This document shows, one piece after another, positions 26,353 to 38,369 of a stretch of DNA of 64,000 bases; position 1 is the first letter of the stretch, and every line of letters starts with the position of its first letter. Position numbers and translations under genes: made by a program. The notes under the pieces were generated by a model. The model ran no database searches and was not told the DNA's origin. It worked only from the letters and a program-made list of their open reading frames with translations. Origin of the DNA: Stegostoma tigrinum (taxonomy: Eukaryota); assembly GCF_030684315.1 (NCBI RefSeq), contig NC_081396.1, forward strand, positions 9,601,628 to 9,665,627, in the 5' to 3' direction.

Positions 26353-27263
26353 CTAACCTGATTGTGATTGTGATCCTGTCTCAAAGAACATGCGGTCTCG
26401 CTGGGTGCATCACTTATTACCTTGTCTCAATGGCAGCGACAGATCTCCTGGTCATAGTTACAGCTGTCCTATTGAACCGGATTGCTGGGATTTATTTTCC
26501 GTTAAGTTTCCTTTCCATCACCCCATTGTGCAGTTTGCGTTCTGCCCTAATTTATGCATCTACAGACAGTTCTGTTTGGTTAACAGTCACTTTTACCTTT
26601 GACCGATTTGTCGCCATTTCATGTCGAAAGCTGAAAATAAGATGTTGCACTAAGATGATGGCAGCACAAGTTATAGGAATCATCTCTGCCTTGAGTTGCA
26701 TAAAAAATGCCTTTGTATATTTTGTGTATGAACCTATGTACATAATTAACAAAACACCATGGTTCTGTAGCATAAAATTAGTATTTTACACATCACCTGC
26801 ATGGGCTGCATATGACTGGGTGCGACCCATTGTCACCCCTAGTCTCCCATTCATTTTGATTATATTGTTCAATGCTCTGACTGTCAGACATGTTCTAGCA
26901 GCCAATAGAGCCCGCAGGAGAGTTCGAGCTCAGAACAATGGAGAGCACCAGAGTGATCCGGAGGTGGAGAAGCGGAGAAAGTCAATTGTTTTACTTTTTG
27001 CCGTCTCCTGCAATTTCATTCTACTCTATTTACTGTTCATGGTAACTATCATCTATGTTCGAATTGTTGATTTTACTTATTTCTCAGGTTCAGATTCTAG
27101 TGAATCAACATTTCTTCTTGAGGAATATGGATTTATGCTTCAGCTTCTGAGTTCCTGCATCAACCCATTTATTTATGCAGGAGTACAAGTGAAATTCAGA
27201 GCAGAATTATTAAATGGTGTGAAATATCCATGGAGGTTATTGCATAAGTCACTCAAATTGTGA
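26353..27263 (+). CDS. GPR139-like: GPR139-like GPCR copy 2, coding exon 2 (spliced protein 326 aa, intact)
   Basis: Open frame with 7TM pattern: ANLIVIVILS (TM1), YLVSMAATDLL (TM2), TFDRFVAISC (TM3), PWFC (ECL2), LPF (TM5), SSCINPFIY (TM7); acceptor ttattacag after a (CT)n tract. Confidence 0.92.
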
Positions 27264-27659
27264 CCAGAGATTCACAGACTCACAGTGTGTTACAGCACGG
27301 AAACAAGCACTTCAGTCCAACTTGTCCAGGCTGATGAAGCCTCCCAAAATAAAGCAGACCCATTTGCATTTGGCCTATGTCCCTCTAAACCTTTCCTATT
27401 CATGTATTCTTTCTCTAAGATTGATCAGTGAATGATCTCAGTCCTTTTATTTTCAGCTGTCTTGGCCATATGGTCACAAATGCATCCTTATGAGACTTCA
27501 TGGCACTGGTGATCACTGTAAAGTGATGTCAAATAAGCATCCAAATGTTATTCCACAAAATGACACTATTCTGCCCATTGTGCCAGCGCTGATGTTGCAA
27601 GTGGACGTTTTGATTTAGAACCATTTTCTTACCATTTCCCCGTTAGCCCACCATTACTG

Positions 27660-28100
27660 TATCTAAATAATCATACAATGTCCAACTCATTGCCACAAAG
27701 TGCATTCCAGAACTTGACAACTAGCTACATTATGAAATATCACTTCCTCGACAGCATTTGTTCTATTTGCAAGTTACCTTTAATCTTTGTCCTCCCATTC
27801 ACTGTCTTGCATAAGTGGAAACAGTTTATACCTATCTTTCAGCCTCAATCTCACATGATTTTCAAATCACCTATTTGCACTCTTTACAACCTTGTCTCCT
27901 CCAAGGAAAATTGTCTCAATTTCTCCAATCTCACTTTTAAACTGAAACTCTTCATCCATGGAAATATTTTTGTAGATCGCTGCTGCATTCGCTTCAATGC
28001 ATTTCCATCTTCCCTTAAATGTCCACAACTGTACAAAATACTTCAGCTGATGTCTAACTAATGTCTTATCAAAATGCAGCATTATCTCCTTTCTCCTGTT
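27660..28100 (-). mobile_element. Decayed CR1 3' fragment
   Basis: Minus ORF LHFDKTLVRHQLKYFVQLW. Confidence 0.6.
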
Positions 28101-31100
28101 GTCTCTGACTGAGCTAATAACAACTCCTCGGCTAGTTTATGATCTGTTAATAAAATATGAATAACAAGCAATTTCTCATTTCATTGAATTATGAAAGAAA
28201 ACATTTAAAAATATCTTCCGCAAGACAATTATGTGGCTCTACTTTCTTACTACTTTCTGCTCCCATTTCTCAGTCATTCCACAGAAAGTAATAATAAAAC
28301 AAAAGGCGCAATGTGAATCCATGTCCGTTTACATTATTGCAATTGAATTTTCATTCTGCAAAGACCAGCGTCAGAGTGAGATGGAAATAGGAGCTCTGGG
28401 TGGAATTGGTGTTGCTGATGATGAATGTCAAATTGAAAACGTGGCATCTGCCGACTGCTGTGTTGAATTGGACCATCATTAGATCGATTGTATGGTGAAC
28501 ACCAGTGGTCATTTCACACTTCAGTGGAAGAAATTGGAGCAGGAAATGAGTATTCCATGAATTCACTAACATGTGTTTCTTAATTATCAGCAGATTGTGA
28601 AAAATACATTCTCACTGTTTATTTCTTTGCAATTTTAGAAATTTGACATATTTAAATTGACAACTATTGCCTCACTCACCTTCAACGCCTTACCCATTCC
28701 ACTAGGAACACGTCCAAAAAACAATAACTTGTCTCAAAGGGACCTTTAAGATGTGTGCTATTAAAGATTCCGTTGAAAAAAGAGTAAAGATGAATACGTG
28801 AAAATGCAATCCCATAATTATCTCATCAAGATCTTCCTGATATTACACTTTATCTCAATTTTGTTGTGAGATCTGAAATATGTTGTACCCTGATCCTGCA
28901 TCTAATTGCTTTGAAATATTTACAATTCTAACTTTTTTCAATCTTGATTGTTAGGCTGACATTTGACAATACTTGAATTGGACGAGGCTGTCAAAGAAGT
29001 TACTATGTGGGACCTGAATGGGCATCATCAGCGCAGTTGTTCTAAAATGGTTTTCTCAACTCTGCATGTAACTCTGCTGAACACAATATGTAAGAAAATG
29101 TTGGCAATACAAAGGAGACCAGAGAACATCTGTAGAGAGGGAATGACAGTGAAGTCGTCAATGCTCCTTGCTGCTCCCAGAATGCTAACTGTCCCCATTC
29201 AGTCTTACCCTACTGAATTAATGGTGGTGACATTTATTGTGGAGACATGGGAAAAGTTTAATCCCACCCACTGCAGACACATAGAGTCATAGAGTCATAC
29301 AACATAGAAACAGACCGTTTGGTCCATTTCATTTGCGCTGAAGAGACATCCCAATATCACATAGCCTCACTTGTCAGCATGTGGCCCATGTCCCTCTCAA
29401 GCCTTCCTATTCATACACCCATTCACTTGCCTTTTAAATGCAGTAAATATACCCGCCTCTACCGCTTGGTCTACCAGCCAGTTCCACAGCCGCATCAACC
29501 TCTGTGTGAAAAAGTTACCCTTCAGGTCTTTTTTTAAAAACCTTTTCCCTTAAGCCTATGTCCTCCAGTGTTCGACTCCCAAGCCCTGCCCCTAATGACT
29601 TTGTGAACCTCCAAAAGGTCACATCTCAGCCTCTGATGCTCCAGTGGAAAAAAAATCCCAGCCTATTCAGCCTCTCCCTGTAATCCATATATCCGAGTAG
29701 CAGCTCCATCCTTCAACCAGGGCAGTCACTCCTTGAACTCAACTATTCTGACTGTCTGGAAGGTGGAGGTTCCAATTCACAAATTATGGGAAGGGAGAAT
29801 TGTGAAATGTAGCACATCAGAGTCAATCATCTAGCAGCTTCAAGAAACAAGAACTGCCTTGACTGCTTGGGTCCCACGGGATTGTTCTCTTCCATTTCTG
29901 GACCCAGAATTTTGAATGTTTCACAAAGTGGGAGACTGGGATTGCTGGTTTGCTTCCTTCCAAATTCCCATCTGATAACAGAATTTTTTTTCAAAATCTC
30001 ATCACATTTCTAAGTCTGGCTTGATGTCCAGGGAAGAGGTTTTGTGGAAAAATTCTAGAGATTGGGATTGTTCTCTTCAGAGAGAAAATAAATTCATGAG
30101 AGTTTTCATGGGGTTGTTTATCAGGATGGAGACGTTCTACGTTGTTGGCGGAATTGGTGCATGATAGGCGCCAGGATTCAATGAGGGTGGAACATAAGGA
30201 TGAGAGAGCAAACCATCTCCAATGTCGAGAGTCAAGAATTGGATAACTGGAACTGAAGATCGTTTAGGAAAGATAATCTGTTATCTCTATTTGAATTTAT
30301 TTGCTTATAACCATTGTCTAAATTGTTACAAATAACCTTAAACTGGAACAAGGTGCAGTGAGGTACATGGGTAAAACCTTTCCTAGTCTCTAGAGTTTCG
30401 TATCAGTGATAAATGTCAAGCAAGTATCTGTTAAGCTCCCTGTTGTCAAAGCAGCTGAGTACAAGGGGAGAAGTTGGATTTCTCTCTCTCTCTCTCTCCC
30501 TGGAACGAGTTGAAAGAAGATTAAATGCCTATGAAAACGCAGAACAATTCCAAGAGGATTCAGCACAGAAAGCGGTAAATTGGCCTGAAGTGCTAGTTTG
30601 AGAGGTAACTTTTTGATTAAATTCATTAACAGGAGGATGGTATCGCTGCCTGGGCCAGCATTAATTATACACCCCTAATTGCCCTAACGTTAGTTAAGAG
30701 CAAGGACATTGATTAGAAGTCACATGTCGGCCAGACCAGCAAAGGATACCTGTTTCCTTCCCTAAGGACATTAGTGAGCCAGATAGGTTTTTCCCCAGAT
30801 ATTTGATTCAGGGCCATCATGTAGTCAAAACACTTGACTGATATTGGCACTGAGTTAGTACGTAAAGTATGATAAGGATCCCATTCCTCATGCCTTTAGG
30901 ATGTTCTTTCTTCACGAAGGATTTGATGCACCAGAGGCGACAGTGACATCCCCATCACTTATTGCCCATCCCCAGATGCCCCTGAGTAGATGCTGAGCAG
31001 CATTTTCGAATAAATTGATGACTTGTGATTTCTCCTTGTCCGTCAGTCCTTTTCAAGTTCGATCACAGACCTTGCCTGCTGCTTGTTTTACAAATTGACT

Positions 31101-32842
31101 CTTGATATTATGATCAGAACCTTGCAGATACTTAGCAGTTCGGATGGCATCTGTTGAGAGAGGAACAGAGCTAATGTTTCAGCTCAATTACCTTCCATCA
31201 GAACTGTGGAAAGTGAGAGATCTTGGAGGTTTCAAACAATTTCTCAGAGAGGGAAAGGAGAGAGGAGAAAAGAAGGAATAACGCACGGTCCTTGATAGGT
31301 GGAAGACAGGAGAGATTCGATAACAAAAGGGAAAATCGTAAATGGCAGAAGGAGATGAGAATGGAAGAAAAAAATTAACACAGGTTGATTGAAATATTCT
31401 AGACCAATGAGATCTCTCTGCTGAGGGGTGTTTTACTTCCTAGTTCACTTGCAGAACATTTCTGTTCCATCGTGAAAACTCAATCCTTAGCTTCTGTTTC
31501 AGTGAATAAACATTTCATTGAGCAAAACATCACAGTCCACATAAGCAGAAGAAACGAACCGAAAATACTTGCTACATGGATGATGTTTAGGGTTAATTCA
31601 ATAGTTTATTTCCTTCGCCTTCTGAATCTGTTCAATACGTTCTGGATCCTCTCCAACGGGGGTAGAACCCCGTTCTTACCATTCTTATGTCTCCCATTCT
31701 ACCCTTCAATAATCCTTTACTATTATTATGTTTGAAGAAAAATTTACATTTTGTTTTTGCACAGCCTGCCATCTTTTCCTTATGCTTCCTCTCAGCTTTC
31801 TTTATTTCAGCCGTAGCGTCTCTCCATCATTTCAGGTATTCTTCCTGATTTAATTTTTTTCTGAGTAAATTATTTCGATAAATATCAACACGTTTACTTT
31901 TTTTTCTGTTAGTATCATGATATTGAAGGGAAAGCTGAGATAATCCAGCCATAACTCTTTGGCTGCTTTTTAGATCGAATTCGTTCAGCAGTTCTCCAAT
32001 GCTGTATCAGGTGCTTGGAATTTTCGTTGGCTTTTCACAGTTAAATTGAAATCTGTACGACAATGTTGTTCTGTCAATAATTTCATTACACTAATATTTA
32101 AAAATGTCTGGCCTAGACCCTTCTTCAAAAGTCAGCTTTCCTGCTCCTATGATGCTGCTTGGAATGCTGTGTTCATCCAGCTCTACACTTTGTTATCTCG
32201 GATTCTCCAGCATCTGCAGTTCCTACTACCTCTGCACACCAGACGTGCTCATCCACCATTCCAAGTCTTTTCACAACGTCAAATTCCTTGTGCTCAACAT
32301 TAAGAAGCTGGAGGCAGTTTATTCCTGCACGGTTTAAGATCACTTACAATTCTCACATGACACAAAATTGTAAACAAATAGCCTCAGCTTACATACACAG
32401 AATCAACAAAAACATTTTAAGAGAATTTTACATATTTGACATTCTTCTGCAACAACGTTGCAAAAATTTCTCCTGCAAAGTCATCGGCATGTCGCAGACA
32501 AGCAGCACCTTGCAAATTCAACTCCAGACCATGAGTGGGCTGTTCTCTTGGACTGTGTGAACCAACTGCTCAGAAGAATCGGAGCTAATTCCTGCAGATG
32601 CTGGAGTCTGTGTTGAAAACAAAAGTCACAGCGAGTGAGGCAGCATCCATGGAGAGAAAGCAAGCTAAATTTCGAGTCTAGACGATTCTTCATCAGAGCT
32701 GAAGAGCATCAAAAGGGTCGAAAGCGGTTTCGGTTCCAGAGAAAAAATGCTCCAGAAGTACGATGTGGTTTGATGTGAATCCGCATTTTATGATCAAAAA
32801 TATCTTATTGTAAACACAATTTAATGAGTCAGCTTCTCAGCA

Positions 32843-32870
32843 CTGAAGAAGGGTAATACCCGAAACGTTA
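32843..32870 (+). ncRNA. Minimal hammerhead ribozyme motif, second family
   Basis: CTGAAGA-A-GGGT-AAT-ACCC-GAAACGTTA inside a Penelope-type terminal repeat. Confidence 0.6.
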
Positions 32871-33999
32871 ACTGCTCAGTGCCTCCAGATGCTACCTGAC
32901 TTGCTGTGCTCTTCCAGTCTCCTGCTGGTCTGACTTTACTGTAAACTTCGGACTTGAATTCTACCTGGATTTCCCTCAACATTAAATACATTGTTCATGA
33001 ATCAGCATTAAAAAAATCTTGACTTTTACTTCTGTGTGGATTGTCATTCACAGTAGATGAGAAACTATCTACCATTGTCACGTTGATTACTGATGACGAG
33101 ACCTCAACTTGACAACGCTCCTAACACTGTAGTCACAACCAGTACTGTTATCATTTCTATCTGATAAACCTCAGAAACGTTGAAGATTAACAACGACATT
33201 CAAAATAGATACGCTTTGTTTTAGAAAATATACGAGAAGCCGGCTTCCTGTGAAGGCTCGGCGATAATTTAAATGATAAGTTTGTCTTTCTCTTCCAAGT
33301 GAGAATGGTCAGAAAGCAGATATTCATGAGTTATTAGGGCAGCTTGCTTTCCAGGCCTGTCAGAAGCTTTACATCAATACATTGTTTTCGCCTTCGATTT
33401 TAACATCGGCATTGGATCAATCACCATTAACCTCTGGAATGTGTACAAAAATGCTGGGTTATTTTTGCAATATTATTCCCTTTTCCTCATGCGGATACCG
33501 AGGCGAATGATCCGATTCTGTAACTCTGATTAGACTTTTTCTTTTGCTTCCAATATTTTCAACAAGAGAATCAGGGAAGTAGCTCTCCCCTTTTATTGAA
33601 ACTGATTAATTATTCTGTTAACTCTGTGGCAAAACTTCAATTGAATTTCTACAGAGTGTTAAAGCGAAAGATGCAATTGGATTTCAAATGGATATTAGTA
33701 TTTATTATTCCCGTCAGACTCATGACAGATAAGTATTTAAATTAATAGATAATTGAATTAAATTAGTAGTTCATTGATAATCATTAGTAGTTCAAATTTA
33801 CTTCTTCTTCAGTCCTCCTGCTGAAATAATCATATTTGCAATGATATTTTTAAATGAGTAAGGAGCATTGTGTATCCAATTCGATGTTATTTCGTTAATT
33901 TAAAGAGAACAGCAAATGAGAAGATGCAGGGAGGAAATCCGTAGATCAAATTAGTAGATAATTTTATAAAATGAACAAATGAAGCCATAGTCTGGGCAA

Positions 34000-34445
34000 A
34001 AGTGAAGGCAATCAGGATTGTTTTCCTTGTTTCAGAGTTCAGACAAATGAGAAGAAGTTTCACGGAGACTCATAAAATTCCAACAGGACTGCAAAGGGTA
34101 GGTGCGTGGAGGATGTTCCCGAAGGTGGGTGTGTCCAGAAGCATGGGTCACAGTCTGAGGATTCGGAGCAGACGATTTAGGATGAAAATGAGAAATTTTC
34201 TTCACTCAAAGAGCGGTGAGCCTGTGGAATTCATTACCACAGGAAGCAGTTGATGCCATAGCATTGAATGTATTCAAGAGGCGACTACACATCGCACTTG
34301 GGGCGAATGCTTTCAAAGGTTATGGGGAGAAATCAGGATTAGACTATTGAGTTGGACGATCAGGGATGATGGTGAAGGATGGCTGAACAGAGCCCGAGGG
34401 GGCGAATGGCCTCCCCCTGCTCCTATCTCCTATATTTTCATGTTC
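34000..34445 (+). mobile_element. CR1 3' end fragment
   Basis: ORF FRQMRRSFTETHKI..GL.RV...MFP.VG.SR..GHSLRIR and tail gaatggcct..cctgctcctat. Confidence 0.75.
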
Positions 34446-36177
34446 CTAAAGAAGAAGCCTAAAAGCATAAATTCACAATGAAGAGAGTAGAGAGGTACAA
34501 AATGCAAGCAAGGTAACAAATGAAGCTTGTGTCTTCATATCAAGGGGGCGGACATACATCCATAGATGTGCAGATTAGGTGGAAATGGGCATTGACCACA
34601 GTATCCAGACATGTGCAAGAAAGGTGGGGTAGCCTTGGGAAGTGCAGGATTGCTGGAATAAGGAGGGCCTGAGTTGGATTTTCATCAGGGGGTCGGTGCA
34701 GACTCGGTGGACCGAATGACCTCTTTCAGCACGGTAGGGATTCTCTGATTATATGAAGTCATGAAAGTCAAACCTTATTTGTGTGGAGCCCTTTGATCAA
34801 TATGTTTATTCCCTTGTTGAACTCTGTGCAACACACTCCAGCAATGCATTTGTTTTTTGCACAACACAAATCATCAAAACAAAAATTGGAATAGAATGTT
34901 AATTTATGGGCAGAAAGGCACGCAAAGGATGAAGAATTGTGGACTCTCTCACAACTAAAGTGCCTCTGATTCAAGAATATTCGGGATATTATGTGTTGTG
35001 GTTTCGGATGTGCAGATCAGAAGCAGGCAAATCATCTAAAAAGAGAAGTTGCGGAGTTGATTATGTCAAACAGGACCTTCCACTCAAATTTCTTCAGCTA
35101 TCTCACATTTTCCCCTAACTCTTCTGGCCTCCCACATAATCTGAAACACCTTCCTTGTATTGATTTCACGAAACTGGACAGTAATCAGAAGACATTCCAT
35201 TGTAAACTATCAGCCTTCTCCAGAAGAGAGACATATGCTGCTCCACCTTTCAGTTCGGTCTGAACTCAACTCGTGTGAAATTTCTGAAGCAGGGTACCAA
35301 CCCAAAACGTCAGCTTCCCTGCTCCTCTGAAGCTACTTGGGCTGCTGTGTTCCTCCAACTCCACACTGTGTTATCTCTGACTCCAGCATTGGCAGCTCTT
35401 ACCATCTCTGAGTGAGAACAACAGTGTCTCTATTGAAAGCAGGGCTGTTCGCACAGCTCCAACATTTTACATCATCGCTTCAGAACAAGAGCTCTGCTTT
35501 TCAGTTACTTTCCAACAGATATACCTGGAGTTCAATGTTTGTCTGAGAGTGATCTTGCTAAGCCGCGTCGTCAATTTCCACATGACCATACATTAAGATT
35601 CCTTTGTCCTTAGCCCTCTTAAGATTTATATTTTTCAAGGAGCATGTGATCTCTACATACTTAAAAACAAACTTACATCAGTACATACCGATAAATATTG
35701 ATTTTTTTAAACATCTGGAATTAAGAGTCGAATGATAACTATGAATCCGTCGTCTATTATCGGAAAATCCTATCCGGTTCACTAATATCTGTTAGGGAAC
35801 ACAACTGGCATCGTTACCTGGTCTGGAATTTATGCGACTCCAGACTCACAGCAATGTGGTTGGCCCTAGAGTGCCCTCTGGTCAATGAAGGATGGGCAAC
35901 ACATTCTGGCCTAATCAGCGTCACCCTCATCTTGTGAAAACTGTTTTTAAATTGCCAATGGTCGGTCCCTTTTGTAAGATTTTTAATCTCTGTTTTGGCA
36001 ACCTTGTATCCTAACTGACACATCATGGGATATTGCAGAGTGGGTGTAAGCTGCAAATCAACTGTGAATGAATTAGACTTGGAGCAGGTCTGAGAAGTTG
36101 GAAGTTACAAACATGCTCCTGTACTTCTGGGATATAAATATGAAATGGCACGAGTTTCGTTTTTGCTTTATCCGCAG

Positions 36178-36470
36178 ATTATATTGTATATTACTGGTGA
36201 AGAGGTAGTTGAGCAATCATTCCCATCTCAGGATCCGAGTGAACGGAAGATTATATCAAAACACTGTCATGCAACCATCTCATTCTCTGCGGGATACTGG
36301 TTCGTGCCAACTCCGAATCACAGCCCAAAAATGTTGGTCATGGTGGCGGGAAGCGAAACAGTGAATAATGGCAGATTTGGAGCAGTCAGTCGAAGTGAAG
36401 AGAACAGCAGCTCTCTGATAATATCGATCTTACATCCAACAGACGCTGGAACCTACTTTTGTGAATTACT
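36178..36470 (+). other. Antigen-receptor variable (V) gene segment, most like TCR alpha/delta V; functional status uncertain
   Basis: Open V-set domain: EEVVEQS...HC(B strand)...YWF(C strand)...GRF...SSSLII..L.PTDAGTYFC, ending directly at an RSS heptamer; polypyrimidine/CAG acceptor ends at 36177. Confidence 0.85.
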
Positions 36471-36509
36471 CACAGTGCGGAAACGAGCGACAGAGTCCGT
36501 ACAAAATCC
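36471..36509 (+). other. Recombination signal sequence, 23-bp spacer
   Basis: CACAGTG (36471-36477) + exactly 23 nt + ACAAAATCC (36501-36509; 8/9 to ACAAAAACC), 8 nt after the conserved Cys codon. Confidence 0.92.
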
Positions 36510-36969
36510 TCGCCTGCTGTGAATATTCTGTATTTTGAGTAAAATATCTGAGTAAGTATAGTAGAACGTCGGATATGGATAACGCAAATCGGGTGATATT
36601 CTCTCCAGACAAACTGTTATATCGATCCTGATGCAAATTAAAACCGGGCTATATTTCGATTGTTGTCAGTTTGTTAGTGAATAATCTGTGCGTACAACAA
36701 TTATCAGCAGTTAACTGATGTCGTTCCCCTGAACCTGCATTTGGGGCCTGAGGTTTACACTGGATTTTTAAATGATACAGGAAAACTGCTCGAAGCAGGG
36801 ACCAGCATTTCAGCTGCATCAAATGTACTCAAATGTCATGCTGAGCCTTGCATTTCCTCGGGGGATATTCCTGGGGAAATTATACCTTGACGTTGGAAGC
36901 ACTGTAGTCCATTCAGACAAGTAAAATGGCTCGTTTCATGTGAGTTGAAATCGACTTACATTTCAATCC

Positions 36970-37619
36970 AAGATAATAAAAATGTGAGGCTGGATGAACA
37001 CAGCAGGCCAAGCAGCATCTCAGGGGCACAAAAGCTGACGTTTCGGGCCTAGACCCGTCATCAGAGAGGGGGATGGGGTGAGGGTTCTGGAATAAATAGG
37101 GAGAGAGGGGGAGGCGGACCGAAGATGGAGCAATGGGAGAGAGATTCCCTGAGGTTTGTCCGGAGGGAGGAGGGTAACTTCTTCAGGTTAGGCATCCCTG
37201 GAAGAGGCTTCGCAGTGAGGTTAAAATTGTATCAGAGATAATGGGAACTGCAGATGCTGGAGAATCCAAGATAATAAAAATGTGAGGCTGGATGAACACA
37301 GCAGGCCAAGCAGCATCTCAGGAGCACAAAAGCTGACGTTTCTGGCCTAGACCCTTCATCAGAGAGGGGGGTGGGGTGAGGGTTCTGGAATAAATAGGGA
37401 GAGAGGGGGAGGCGGACCGAAGATGGAGCAATCTCTCCCATTGTTCCATCTTCGGTCTGTCTCCCCCTCTCTCCCTATTTATTCCAGAACCCACATCCCA
37501 TCCCCCTCTCTGATGAAGGGTCTAGGCCCGAAACGTCAGCATTTGTGCTCCTGAGATGCTGCTTGGCCTGCTGTGTTCATCCAGCCTCACATTTTTATTA
37601 TCTTGGATTCTCCAGCATC
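36970..37619. mobile_element. Penelope-derived insertion with two tandem and one inverted terminal repeat, 13-bp TSD
   Basis: TSD tacatttcaatcc at 36957-36969 and 37620-37632; two minus-strand repeat units 298 nt apart, then a plus-strand copy. Confidence 0.88.
37508..37540 (+). ncRNA. Minimal hammerhead ribozyme motif (Penelope type)
   Basis: CTGATGA (37510) + A + GGGTC-TA-GGCCC stem II + GAAACGTC; related copies at 37036-37063(-), 37334-37361(-), ~45602-45630(-) and, degenerate, ~45986(+). Confidence 0.65.
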
Positions 37620-38369
37620 TACATTTCAATCCTTTTGGTTCAGTCAGTTGGCCATGCATTTATTGAGATTTTTAAACAGAACATCGAACAGCACAGCACA
37701 GGGGCGGACCCAGCGGTCAAGGATGTTGTGCCAAACATGATGCCAAATTAAACTAAACCCATCTGCCTGACCTTGATCCATACCCCTCCATTAATTGCAT
37801 TTTCATTTGCTTGTGGAAAACTACCTTAAACGTCCTGTTGTATCTGCCTCCACCACTGCCCCTGGCAGTGCTTTCCAGTCTCGTACCACTCACTGCATTG
37901 AAAAAAGCCTTGTCTCTCAAATCTCCTTTCAACATTCCCCCTTCATCTTAAATGGTTGCCCCTTGTATTAGAGAAATAACGGGCACCATTCAATGAAAGG
38001 AAAGATAACAAGGTGCAGAGCTGGATGAAAACAGCAGGCCAAGCAGCATCAGAGGAGCCAGAACACTGACTTTATGGGCCTAGGCCCTCCTTCAGAAGGA
38101 AAAGTTTGGATAGGACACATGCACAGTAACTGGTTCTTCGACACGGCAATGCAAAACAATAGTTAAGACAATCAGGTCATTCAGGCAGTGTCTTTCTTTG
38201 GCAGGAAGACTTGTGAATTATTTCATCAGCAGAGACTGTAATGGTATTAAATAACTCCACTTGTTAATGTCAATATCAGTAGGCACTTTTCATTTGTAAC
38301 TTTGCAGTGTATTACTAAACAGAGGAATGGTTAGAATGAGAAGCATATGTATCACGATCAAGTCCGTCA

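Noticed and set aside
32480-32560. QTSSTLQIQLQTMSGLFSWTV as a V framework 3
   Set aside because: No cysteine or RSS; similarity too weak
33050-33480. Possible Ig-domain remnant
   Set aside because: Only scattered motif hints with many stops; cannot support it
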